Of a DNA stretch of 64,000 bases, positions 50,801 through 62,800 are shown one piece after another. Positions within the stretch are counted from its first letter, which is position 1, and each line of letters opens with the position of its first letter. This stretch comes from Callorhinchus milii. Lineage: Eukaryota. The stretch lies in assembly GCF_018977255.1 (NCBI RefSeq), contig NW_024704742.1, positions 86,988,001 to 87,052,000 of the forward strand, in the 5' to 3' direction. The notes below the pieces were generated by a model. That model made no database searches, was not told where the DNA came from, and saw only the letters and a list, made by a program, of their open reading frames with translations. The translations under genes were made by a program, and so were the position numbers.

Positions 50801-53800
50801 TGATCATAGCACGACTTTTAGAGATGCTGGTCAACAAGAATGTCTCAGGTCATGGGCGAGATCAAGCCCTTAATCTGCTCATCAGAAATGTACCAAGAAA
50901 GAATCTGGATACTAAAGATAACACCAGAAGCTTGGATGCGGTTGATATGGGTGAGTATTGTGTGTTTTTTTCAAAAAGTTGATTAGAAAGAGAGAAGAGA
51001 AAGAATGAGAAAAAGAAATAACTTGTGTTTTTACAGTGCATGTGAAAAGGTGAGGTTAATGGGTTTTCGTCAAAGACACATAGAATCAAAATTTTTCTGT
51101 GCAGAAGCAAGTCATTCGATAAAACTTGTCATTTTTTCAGCATTCTTCAATATTAATTCAACTTTGGAACTTCCAGCCTTTTCCCCATATCCTTTAATAT
51201 TTTTGCTGGAGTAAAATCATTGGAAGAGAAACTACTGAATTATTATAATAATGATAATAATAATAATAATAACTGGTGCAAGTGCCTGCTGCGTTATGCT
51301 AACGACTTGGATCTCTGCAGTGGGAGTGGGAAAGCTTTGCTCATACTGGTGGTGGCGTTTCAGTGACTGAGGCGGGATGTTTGACTCTTTTCAGTGGGCA
51401 AAAGTAAATTGGCAGGCTACTTCAGTTACAAAACCACTTTAGTTCTCAGACCCTTTGCAGGTCCTGTGTCTGCAGACTGCCAGTTCTACACCTCTTCAAT
51501 TCACACAAGTGGTTTACACCATCACACATTAAACTGCTTTTCAAATGAGTCCAGTGTCCTGGTCTCATCCACCCTGAGTTGATGAGCTTTGATTAATAAC
51601 AATCCTTTACTTGGGATCAAAAAGCTGTCTGACTTGCCTCTTATAGTTCTAAGTGTAGACCAGCATCACCAATGACAAAGATTTTTGTCACTTCATAAAC
51701 ACTGATAGTGGTTAGCAAATCAATGGATATGGGCAGGAGGATACATTTTCAGCTTGGCTTGGCTTAAGCATAGCTCCAATAGGACTCCAGGCTGCTGGCT
51801 CACCCTGCTCTATTGGAGGCAATAGTTTGACATGATGTGTCCGTGAGCCATTAGATAATACAATAATTCTATAATAGTGTGTCGTGTAACCTTTCATTCC
51901 CCCAAGGATTAAAAGATTTTTTGAGATGATATAACATCTCACCATGACACTACAATACCTGGATTAGTTTCAGCGCACTTTAACAACTCTTTGAACAATC
52001 ATATAATGAGGCCAACACAAACAGATTGAAGACAAACTGGTTACTTAGGTGCTGCTATTATATTAGTTTCTCTCCCCCCTTCCTCCTTCTACCATGCCAG
52101 TTTGGAGAGAGTCATATAATCTTTGTATTGCGGTTTGGGCTCTAGACAATTGGAATGATTCAGTCATCTCATTTCATAGTAATATCCTGAAATGTTATAA
52201 TGTACAATTAAAAGGCTTTTAAAACCCAAGCCTGGCACTACCGAACCACTATTCCTTGATTTTACCTATTTTGTTTCTCTATTCCCTTAAACCTTGAAGA
52301 ATCGCTAAACTAAATCCCCTTAGCTCTGCACCTCGGATGCTTAATTTGCTGAAAATGAACAAGAAATTTCAAAGCAAATGTATTACTCCACAGTGAAACT
52401 CTATGTCACAGACCTCATTGGAACTCTGCATAAGTGTCAGCCAATGAAGCAACACAGGAAAGCTTAGCAGCTTTATTCCTTGCTTTGCACACATTGTCCG
52501 CGAGCAAAGCATCAATGGGAAATCTTTCAAATGTTAAGCAAGTCTAGATTGTCCACACAAGGGTGTATTTCAAGTTGTAACATACACTTGGGATTCAGGG
52601 GATGGTGTCAACTACTTAAAATCTTTTGTCGGCATTTGAAGGCCTACAAATAAATAATAATTTTGTTTCACCCACAAAATAGTCAATCCAATTTACAGTA
52701 TATCCTGTGAAGCGCTTTGAGACATCCTCTTGACTGTGTGATAAGGTGCTATATCAAATACAGATTATTATAATTAATAATTTTACATTTGACACAGTAT
52801 TTTTTAAGTTGAGAGGGTGTCTCAAAGCGCTTCACAGGATACATAAAGTGAAGTGACTGTATTTGCAGGTGAACGTGGCAGCCAATTTACATACAGCTAT
52901 CCGGCAAACAGCCATGAAGTGAAATAATCAATTTAATTCGGGGCCTTATATGCCAGGACACCACGAGAAACTCCCTTCTCTTTTCGAATACTGCCTGGAG
53001 ATCTTTAACCATTCATTTGAAACAGGCAGAAGGGACCTCGGTTCTAATGTCTCATTCAAAGGATGACACCTGCAACAATGTAGCCCCACCCCCCTCCCTC
53101 AACACTGCATTGGATTGTCAGCTTCGACTATAGGAGCTCCAAGACCCTTTATGGGGCTCAAACACATAATTTTCTGACAGAGGCAAAAGTGCAACCAACT
53201 GGGCCAGGCTGACACTCAGTGACTAAACTTCACATTAATTACTATGAAGTGCGTTGAGACCTCTCAACATTGTGATAAGATGCTCTCTCAAATGCAAGCA
53301 TTATTATGATATATACTCATTATTATTACAGGTTACACTTTAATCCTGCATTAAGTTATTTGATAAAGTAATTAAAAGAATCTGAGGCACATGACAATGG
53401 TTTCCTTGGGCTAGTGAAAGAGGGCACGTCACAGGCCATTTCCTATCTGTGTTACTAACGTAATGGCACTTTTCCTGCACAGAGCAATGGACAACAGTGG
53501 AAAAAGAATATGATAGAACTGTTTTCTCTCCTTATTGCTAGTAGACATCCCTTTGAGAGATTATTCCAATGCTGAATGGAACATTTTACTTTAGGATGTA
53601 CCAAGACAGTCGAAGAGGAGAACACAAGTTTAAAGTTGCAAAAGGCAATTTCATAACAGACACCAGGAATTTTTTCTTTATTAAGGGAGTAGTCAATGAC
53701 TGGAATAGGTTGCCAGGCAGGGTGGGTTCAGTGCTTCTCATTTCTCTGGAAGTGGAACTAGCGAGGATTGTCTCTGGAAATGGCATGCTGGAATTCTGCA

Positions 53801-56800
53801 TAAGTCCAATGAAGGAACACGAAAAGCTTAGAGGTCTTTTTCCCTGCATTGCACACATTGCTCGAGAGCAAAGCATCAATGGGAAATCTCTAAATGTCTA
53901 GATAATAGGAATTAAGGAACCAAAAGTCTTTGTCTCCAGCAGTTGTGTTTCAGCTGTTGCTGAACAAAGTATAGTTTAGCTATATCTTTTTTTATCATTG
54001 TCCTGTTTTTTTCCCCTGACATGCAATATGTGTAGAACACATTTAGCAGAAAACAGCTTCTATTAAATGTATCAGCTTCTTTGTAGATCTAATTCATAAT
54101 TATTTTTACTTTCCAGGTTTGAAGAAAATCTTGAAAGTAGCTGGGCAGATCCCTGAGCTACCAAACTGCCTGCCTCTGACACAAAATACCTGCCTCACTG
54201 CCTCCATCCTTCTCAACAATATTTACTGTGACCTCAGATGTGATGAGGAAAGAGCCACTTTTCGAACGATCTGTGAAAACTACGTAACGTGAGTCAGGGT
54301 GATCCAACCTTTTGGATATCGAGGGCCAGATGCCACATTCGACAAATGACCGTGGGCTGCATGAGCAATATTTTTGTTTTTTCCTTCCACAAACATAAAA
54401 TAATCATACAGAAATCCTCTGTTTTAAATTGTGTAATTATATTACTTAATAATGATCATCTCAATTGGAAATATATGCATCAAATGCTTTAATGTTTTAG
54501 AGTCAAAACGCAAGATATCAACTCAGCATATGGAGGCCCCTCCAGAGAATGCTCAACAAAACCAAAACAGATTAATCCATAATTGCAAAACTAACCCTGA
54601 ACTCCTTCAACACAGATATGACTTGCAAGCAAACAAGGCACTGATGTCTTCTGTTACTTTCAATAAACAAGTTACACTGAAATCCTCTATTTTAAATAAT
54701 GCTGATTGCATTGCGATAGGATAGCTGTTCTGTTTAAATTTTAATTTGCTCATCTTGTGCCCTTGTCTTAAAATTTAAGAACGCGGAGAATTTTGCACAA
54801 AAATTCTTAACTCCATTTCATTTCGAAGCTATTTGTCCTGTGCTACTCAAAAATGAACTGTGGACAATTGACTTCCAGATGAAGATCAAATTTAAGATTG
54901 TTTTGTAAAATTAGCCATGATTTTAAACAGTAAGACAAATGTCTTAAGCCTAAGAACATGAGAAATCTCAGGCCCCAAGATAAGGAGCATTAGTGCTGGG
55001 GAATGGACCACTCTTCCATATCACTGATATAGCCTCCCCAATATGAATTTCTTTGGCATTTTTATTTTATCTTATCCAATGAATGTGTTTGCACAACTTG
55101 CACAAGCTTTCAGAAGGGAACTAGATAAATATCTAAAAGTAACTAACCTACAGAGGTATGGGGAAAGGACAATTAAATGGGATTACAACAACAACAAGAT
55201 TCCATTTATAGAGCGCCTTTCACGTCAGGAGGACGTCCCAAGGCGCTGTACAGTTGGGTCAGGGCCCGAGCAGGGGGGAAATGGTCAGGGTGAGGGGGAG
55301 GGGGCGAGGAGGGGTTAGAGAGTCGAGAGGGGAGCTGAAGGCACGGTCAAAGAGAAAGGTCTTGAGACCGGCCTTGAAGGAGGAAAGGGAGGAGGCGGCG
55401 AAGGCACTGGGGGTTAGAGTTCCAGAGCCTAGGGGCTGAGAGGCTGAAGGCCCGGCCACCGATGGTAGGGCGGTTGGGGCGGGGGATGTGGAGCAGACCG
55501 GAGCCAGAGGAACGGAGGGTACGGGCAGGTAGGTAGGGGGATAGTAGGTCGGAGAGGTAGGGGGGAGCAAGGCCGTGAATGGCCTTGTAGGTGAGGATGA
55601 GGATCTTGAATTCGAGGCCTTGTAGGTGAGGATGAGGATCTTGAATTCGGATTAGCCTTCTTCTGTGCTGTACATTTCTATAGTTCTTATAGTCATACAT
55701 AATGCACCACATGACTGATAATCCAATTACTCAAAATATACTTCGCTAAGACTGAGATACTTTTGGTTTCAAAAACTCAAGAGCGTTTTGTATTTGGACT
55801 GCCATCAGCAGTAGCCTATAATCACTTTGGATTACTGGCACTTTTACTGCCAATGCTGAGCCAGCTAGACCAGCATACAGAAGCTTTGTTACAGTTCGAC
55901 ACGATATCTATTATTCCTTTGGTTACTGCATTACACAACATATCAGCTGAATGAAAGGTATCCTGTTTTAAAGCAACAGAGCTTCCTTAGATTGCAATGA
56001 ACTTCTACCACATGATTTACATCTGAGCCTTAAGGAGGGTGTTTGAGTTACAGTTAAAATTCTAAGTACTCGTCAGCTATTTTGAGCATGCAATTATGAA
56101 ATTGTTCCTGGTATAACATGGAGAGAATAGGCCTTGGCTTCTTTCAGGAAACAGCTTCATTAATAACTACAACAATGCCCCCAAACAGGTCCATCCAGTC
56201 CCTTAATATGTTTCAGTAAATGTTGTATGCATTTACGCAGGATCTAGAAAATTGAGTTTTTAATTCAAAGAGTGAAAAAAATACAACACTTCACCTGTTG
56301 AAACTGTTCAGGGTAATACAATTGGCAGAACTTAGGTGAAGCTGAAGTGTTTGTTCACCATTGTTGTTATTATGGCAGATACCGAACATGTACAAAATGT
56401 TATTCCATTTAATAATCAGCCATTAAAAGTGGGCCTTTAGGTAAATCGAAGTACTCTAGTTACACTGAACCTTACTGCTTCAGAAAGCTCACTGTGGCTG
56501 AACAGAGTAAGTAGGCAATAAACAAAGCAAACAGGATGTTTTGCTACATTTTCAATTGTATTAAAATCTCCTGATATTATGCTGTATCTGTACTGTGCAC
56601 AGTTTGGTCACTGCGCCATGAAGCTATAGATAAGAACAATTAGGCTGGAGGGATGTTGGCAGGATCAATTGTAAAGAACAACTAAGCTAGGGCTCTTCAG
56701 CTTTGAAAAGAGAGGTCTCAGAGTGGTCCTTGAAGGGTTATATAATATATTTAGGTGTCAGCCTCGCTCGGTAGGCAGCACTCTTGTCTCTCAGTCAGAA

Positions 56801-59800
56801 GGCTGTGGATTTAAGTCCCACGTCAGGACTTTGAACTCATAAGTTAAAGCTGATATTCCAATCCTATGCTGGGGGAGCACAGCACTGGACGAAGAAGATA
56901 AACAGGTACAACATTGTCACAGGAAATGAGGGTATAGAGTTAGGTTTGTGAAGGGCAAGTTTAGACAGACACTGTTCTTTACACAGAGAGCAATTGACAG
57001 CTGGAGTAGGAAAGGTGTTTGAGAGTAGGACACTTTTAAGAAATATATTGATGTATTAATGACAAAACTCAATGTATTAATGAGTACAGTATATAGTACA
57101 GAGGGGATTTTGGAAGAATTAGAGTAAATACCTGAAGGACCTCTTTTATTTGAACCTCTTTTGTAATGATATAATAATTATCGTTCCTCTTGATATAGCA
57201 CGCTTCAAAACATATCATGTTTCAAAACATATAAAAGTGCTTCACAGGATTTACTGTAAAGTACAGTAACTGTGTACTCTTATGACTCAGAAGCAAGAGT
57301 GCTACTAACTGAGCCAGGCTGACATCTAAATATCTTAAAAATTCTATAATACCCACTGTTAGACCTCTCATTTCAAAACTGAACACGGCAGCCAATTTGT
57401 GCAGAGCAATGTCCTACAAAGAGCCATGAAGTGAATGAATACATGAGAAGTATTTCAGTTTTGGTGGCAGTAGTAGTGGCATTGGAGACAGCATGACCTG
57501 GCAATAAATAAACTCGTCCCTTCCCACATGCAACAGGAAATAATCTTGCAATAAGTTATTACTGCACCTCATTTATTTAAATACGTGACCAACTTAGATA
57601 GATTTACATAGACCATGGAAACAGACAATCCAATCCAACCAGTCTGCGCCAGTGTTTATAATGCTCATGAGTCTCCACCGCCTCCTATGGAATCTTAGAA
57701 ATGAAGGCATTTGGGCCTTTGAGGCTAAATTGGTGCTAGCTCATATTTCCTCATACATTTTTATGCCTACTCACAGACACCATAAACCTCTCCCTGTCCA
57801 CGGGAATCATTCCCACCCCTTTAAAAACGTCAGTCATCATTCCTGTCCTTAAAAACCCTCCCTGGACCCATCTCCAACTTTCCTTTTCAAGGTCCTGGAA
57901 CCAGTCGTTGCTTCCCAGCTTTGCTCCTTCCTCTCCTGCCACTCCCTTCATGAACAACAACAGCAACAACAAACAACAACAAAATTACATTTATAGAGCG
58001 CCTTTCACGTCGGGAGGATGTCACAAAGCGCTGAACAGTCACATGTCAGGGCCCGAGCATGCGGGAGGGGTGGAGTAGGGGTGAGAGAAGGCAGAGAGGT
58101 AGGAGGGAGACCAAGGCATGGTCGAAGAGAAGGGTCTTGAGACCGGCCTTGAAGGATGCAGGGAGGAAGCGTGGCGAAGGATGGAGTTCCAGAGTGTGGA
58201 GGCAGAGAGGCTGAAAGCCCGGCAACCAATGGTAGGGTGGGTCAGGCGGGACATATGGAGCAGGCCGGAGCTTGATGAACGGAGGGAGTGGGCAGGTCAG
58301 AGAGGTAGAATGGGGCAATGCCATGGATGGCCTTAAAGATGAGGATGAGGATCTTTAATTTGATCCTCTAGGGGATGGGGAGCCAGTGGAATCGGGTGAG
58401 GGTGGGAGTGATGGGGTCATGGAGCCTGGTGCGTGAGAGTACATGACCTGCAGAGTTTTGGATGATCTGAAGCTTGTGAAGGGAAGAGTTGGGAAGAACG
58501 ATGAGGAGTGAGTTCCCGTAATCGAGCCTTGATGTGAAGAATGGATGGATGAGGCTTTCAGCAGCCTGAGGGGTGAGGCAGTGGCGGAGTCTGGCAATGT
58601 TACAGAGGTGGTGGTAGGCAGTGCCGGTCATGGAACGGATGTGGGGGAGAAAGGACAGTTCAGGGTCAAAAATAACACCCAGGTTCCTGACTGGCTCAGT
58701 GAGGTTGAATGTGCAGCCGTGGAGGCTGATGCTGCCAGTGTCTGAGGTGCGGAGGCACTGGTGTGAGCCAATCAGGAGGGCCTCGGGCTTGCTGACGTTG
58801 AGTTGAAGAAAGTTAGCCCTCGTCCAGGACTTGATGTCGGACAGGCAGTCGGTCAGGACGCCAGTAGTCCTGGAGTTCAGGGCGGAGGCAGAGAGGTAGA
58901 GTTGGGTGTCATCCGCATACATGTGGAAATTTACCCCATGTCTGCGCATGACATCACCAAGGAGGAGCATGTAGAGGGTGAAGAGGAGGGCACCGAGGAC
59001 AGAGCCCTGAGGAACACTGCACGAGACAGTGCGGGGGCTGGAGGACAAACCGTTTGCCACGACGAAGTGGAGGCGGTGTGAAAGGTAGGACCTGAACCAG
59101 TCCACTCAAATTTCCGTGCTGCCCACAGCACAGAAACAGCTTTGGTCAAACTGACAAATGACATTTTGTCCATCTGCGACCAGGGCTCCCTCTGCCTTAT
59201 TGTCCTACTTGACCTCTCTGCTACCTTCACTACCGTTGACCACTATATCCTCCGCCACCGCCTCTCCTCTCACCTCAACCTTCATGATTCTGTCCTTGAA
59301 TGGTTCAGATCCTACCTCTCACACCGTCTCCACTTCATCTCCATAAACAGCTTCTCCTCTAGCCCCCACACCATCTCATGCGTTGTTCCTCAGGACTCTG
59401 TCCTTGGTCACCTCCTCTTCAATATCTATATGCTTCCTCTTGATGACATCATCTGCAGACATGGGGTCAACTTCCACATGTATGTGGATGACACCTAACT
59501 CTATCTCTCTGCCTCCACCCTCGACTCCAGGACCACTGCTGTCCTGACAGAATGTCTGTCAGACATCAAGAGAGCTAACTTTCTACAGTTGAATGTCAAC
59601 AAGACTGAGACCCTCCTGATTGGCTCCCGTCAGCACTTCCACAACTCGGGCACTGACAGCATCACCATCCAAGGATGTATACTGTACCTCACCGAGCCAG
59701 TCCAGAACCTTGTCATCTTGTTTGACCCTCAACTGTCCTTACTGCCCCACATCCATGCCATCACCTGCTCTGCCTTCACCCACCTCCGTGACATCGCCCG

Positions 59801-62800
59801 GCTCCACCATTGTCTCACACCGCAGGCTGTCGAAACCCTCAAACATACATTCGTCACCTCAAGGCTTGATTACGGGAACTCCCTCCAGGCTCGACTACAC
59901 AAACTCTCTGCTTGTCGGCCTCACCAACTCCTTCCTCCATAGGTTGCAGATCATCCAGAACTCTGCTGCTCGTGTCCTTTCCTGCACCAGGCTCTGCGAC
60001 CCTATCACCTCCATCCTCACCCGAATCCAATGGCTTCCCATCACACAGGGGATCCTGGTTCTCACTTTCAAAGCCCTCCATTGCCTTGCTTCCCCCTATC
60101 TCTGCGATCTCGTAACCATGTACCAACCTGCCTACTCCCTCTGCTCTGAGGGCGCCGCCTGCTCCATGTCCCTTGCCTCACCCGCTCCACCATTGGCTGG
60201 CGGACCTTTAGCCACTCAGCCCCCACCCTCTAGAACTCCATCCCGCAGTCCCTCTGCCTCGCCCCCTCCCTTGCCTCTTTCAAGACCCATTTCAAGACCC
60301 TCTCTTCGACCGTGCCTTCTGTCATCCTCCTTCCCCCCTGCCCTCTGCTGTCCCCGATCCTGACCCCCAGCTCGGGTCTAAAACACTGATTGTCCAGTGC
60401 CTTGGGACCTCCTCCCGATGTGAAAGGCCCTATTCAAATGTAATTTTGTTGTTGTTGTTATACTCTCCCTCTTCAAATGCTTATCCAATTTCCTTTCAAA
60501 TGTTAAAAAGCACTCTGAGACACTACCTTTCGTGAAGGCCGCTATATAAATGCAAGTTGTTGTGGTTATTAAAGCTTTTGTTGCCATGGTGTCAACTTCA
60601 GTAACCATTTGTGGCAAAGCGTTCCATGTTCCGACTAATTCCCTCTTCGTGAAAAAAATTATTCTGATCTCCTCTCCAATTCCTCCCCAGCATAGTGATG
60701 TGCATTTTTCTGCTTTTGGACATTGCAGGAGCAAATTTGACCCTCACAACATGGAAAAGAACCTGAATGCAATCCAGACCACATCAGCACTCCTTCAGGG
60801 TCCCTTTGATGTCGGCAACAGCATTCTGGGCATGCCGGGCGTAATGGAGATGATGGTTGCCTTGTGCAGTTCAGAGAGAGAAATTGACCAACTGGTGGCA
60901 GTAGAGGCACTCATCCATGCCGCAAGTAAAGCTAGCAGAGCCAATTTCATTATTAGCAATGGAATCACCTTACTGAAGAACATGTACAAGCAATCAACTA
61001 TTGAGAAGATTAAAATCAGAGCACTGGTGGTAAGTTGTTCTGAACAGCCTCAGTGCTTTATTGGCTTTGAGGAATCTAAGAGTAGTCCTTTGGAAGAGCA
61101 ATGAAACTGCTGCCTCCAGTTTTGACACATACAAACACGATGTAATAGGTCCACCCCTTTCATAGCTTGTAAGAGCATTTTCTTTTAAAAATTTGCAAAA
61201 TAATTTGAAAAAATTACAATTCTTGCATTTGGTAGAGCTTCCCAAATTGGGAAGAATTTCAAAGCGCTTCACAGGATATTCTGTAAAGTGTAGTGACCAT
61301 GCAGTTTATAGGTGAATGTGGCAGGCAATTTGCACACAGCAATGTCCCATAAACAACTATGAAGAATGACCAATTTTATCTGGAAGAGTGTTGGGCAGGT
61401 CACCAGGAGAAACTCCCCTTTTTGAATAGTGCCATGGGATCTTTAACAACCACCCAAATAGGTCAATGGGACCTCAGTTTAATGATCCATCCAAAGGACA
61501 GCACCTCCGGCAATGCAGCGTTCCCCCAGCCCTGCATTGGAATGTCTGCTTAGACTGTGCCTTCCACTATGGTAAATATTGCTGTGTTGCAAGTTTCTGA
61601 ATAAATCAAGTATCACCACACTTTTTCATGAAGAACACAGCCTTTTAATCACTGATTTCCCTATAGTCATACATGCAAAACTCCAGTTCTTTTAAAATTC
61701 TTCCTGCTGTTCTGCAAAAGTGGATTATAAAAGAATTTCTAAAATAAATTCCATGGAATATTTTTAGCACTTGCTACTAATGCTGCTTACTTACTTATCC
61801 AGATATATAAGAACATTTGAATATCTCTTGAGAATACAAACTAGGTTATTTTGTTAATTCCTGTGTTCTGCTGCTGAAGTAACAGAAGAGAGAGATTGAT
61901 AAAATATCAATTATTATTTTAATTGAAATCTCATTTCAATCTGTATCGATTGCAACTTTACTCAATGGTGATTTAATACATTTTTGGAATAGTGCAAGTC
62001 TTGTTGCTTGAAGTATTCATCTATTGGTATTAAATACATTTAAACTTTGATTTGTGTTCCCAATAAGGGCCTATGCAAGCTTGGTTCAGCTGGAGGCACT
62101 GACTATGGTTTGAGGCAGTTTTCTGAAGGATCCACAGAAAAGCTTGCAAAACAGTGCAGAAAGTAAGTACTCCATATCAAGTGCTACTTGCTGCCACATA
62201 GTGGCTTCAGTATGATGGATTACTGATTTTTTAAAGCAATTGTAACCCATGATTCCTATGCTAAATTGTTTTGCTCAGCTCCAAGCAGTGCACTTAAGGT
62301 GCAAGCTACAAAGCAGTGATTTTGTCACTGACCTCATTCCCCACCCCGACACACACACACAGAAACGCACAGTGATTGCTCCAGGAGGATTGAACTCATC
62401 TGTGGCACTTTAAGTGCTGAACAACACAGCATGTGATCAGGTGGTTTGTGCAAGCATTAGAATTCTCAACCTGTGGGGGGGAAAAATCCTTCTGTCACAA
62501 ATCTCGCTTTAGGCTTGTTAATGTTCTGTGATAGTGTTTCCTCTCTGTCACCATGGCAAAATGCCAGCATGCCAATGTAATGACCAAGTGAAAATGCATG
62601 CAGATTACATTAATTCATATTTATTAGATCATAGAAAATAGTCAGGGCCTCTACTTATTAATAAAGACACATTCTGAGGCTGTGAGACCATTAAGAACCA
62701 AGGTGTATCAAAGTGGCGACTAGTATATTAAAAAATAAATAAAAATCCCAGAGTTCTGAATTCATCTCAGCTAATATGATTCTCGTAAGTATGAAAACTA

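Noticed and set aside
58368..59105. 245-aa RT ORF as a domesticated gene or retron-like system
   Set aside because: It is the 5'-truncated C-terminal part of an ordinary L2 with a frameshifted end and a (GTT)n tail.
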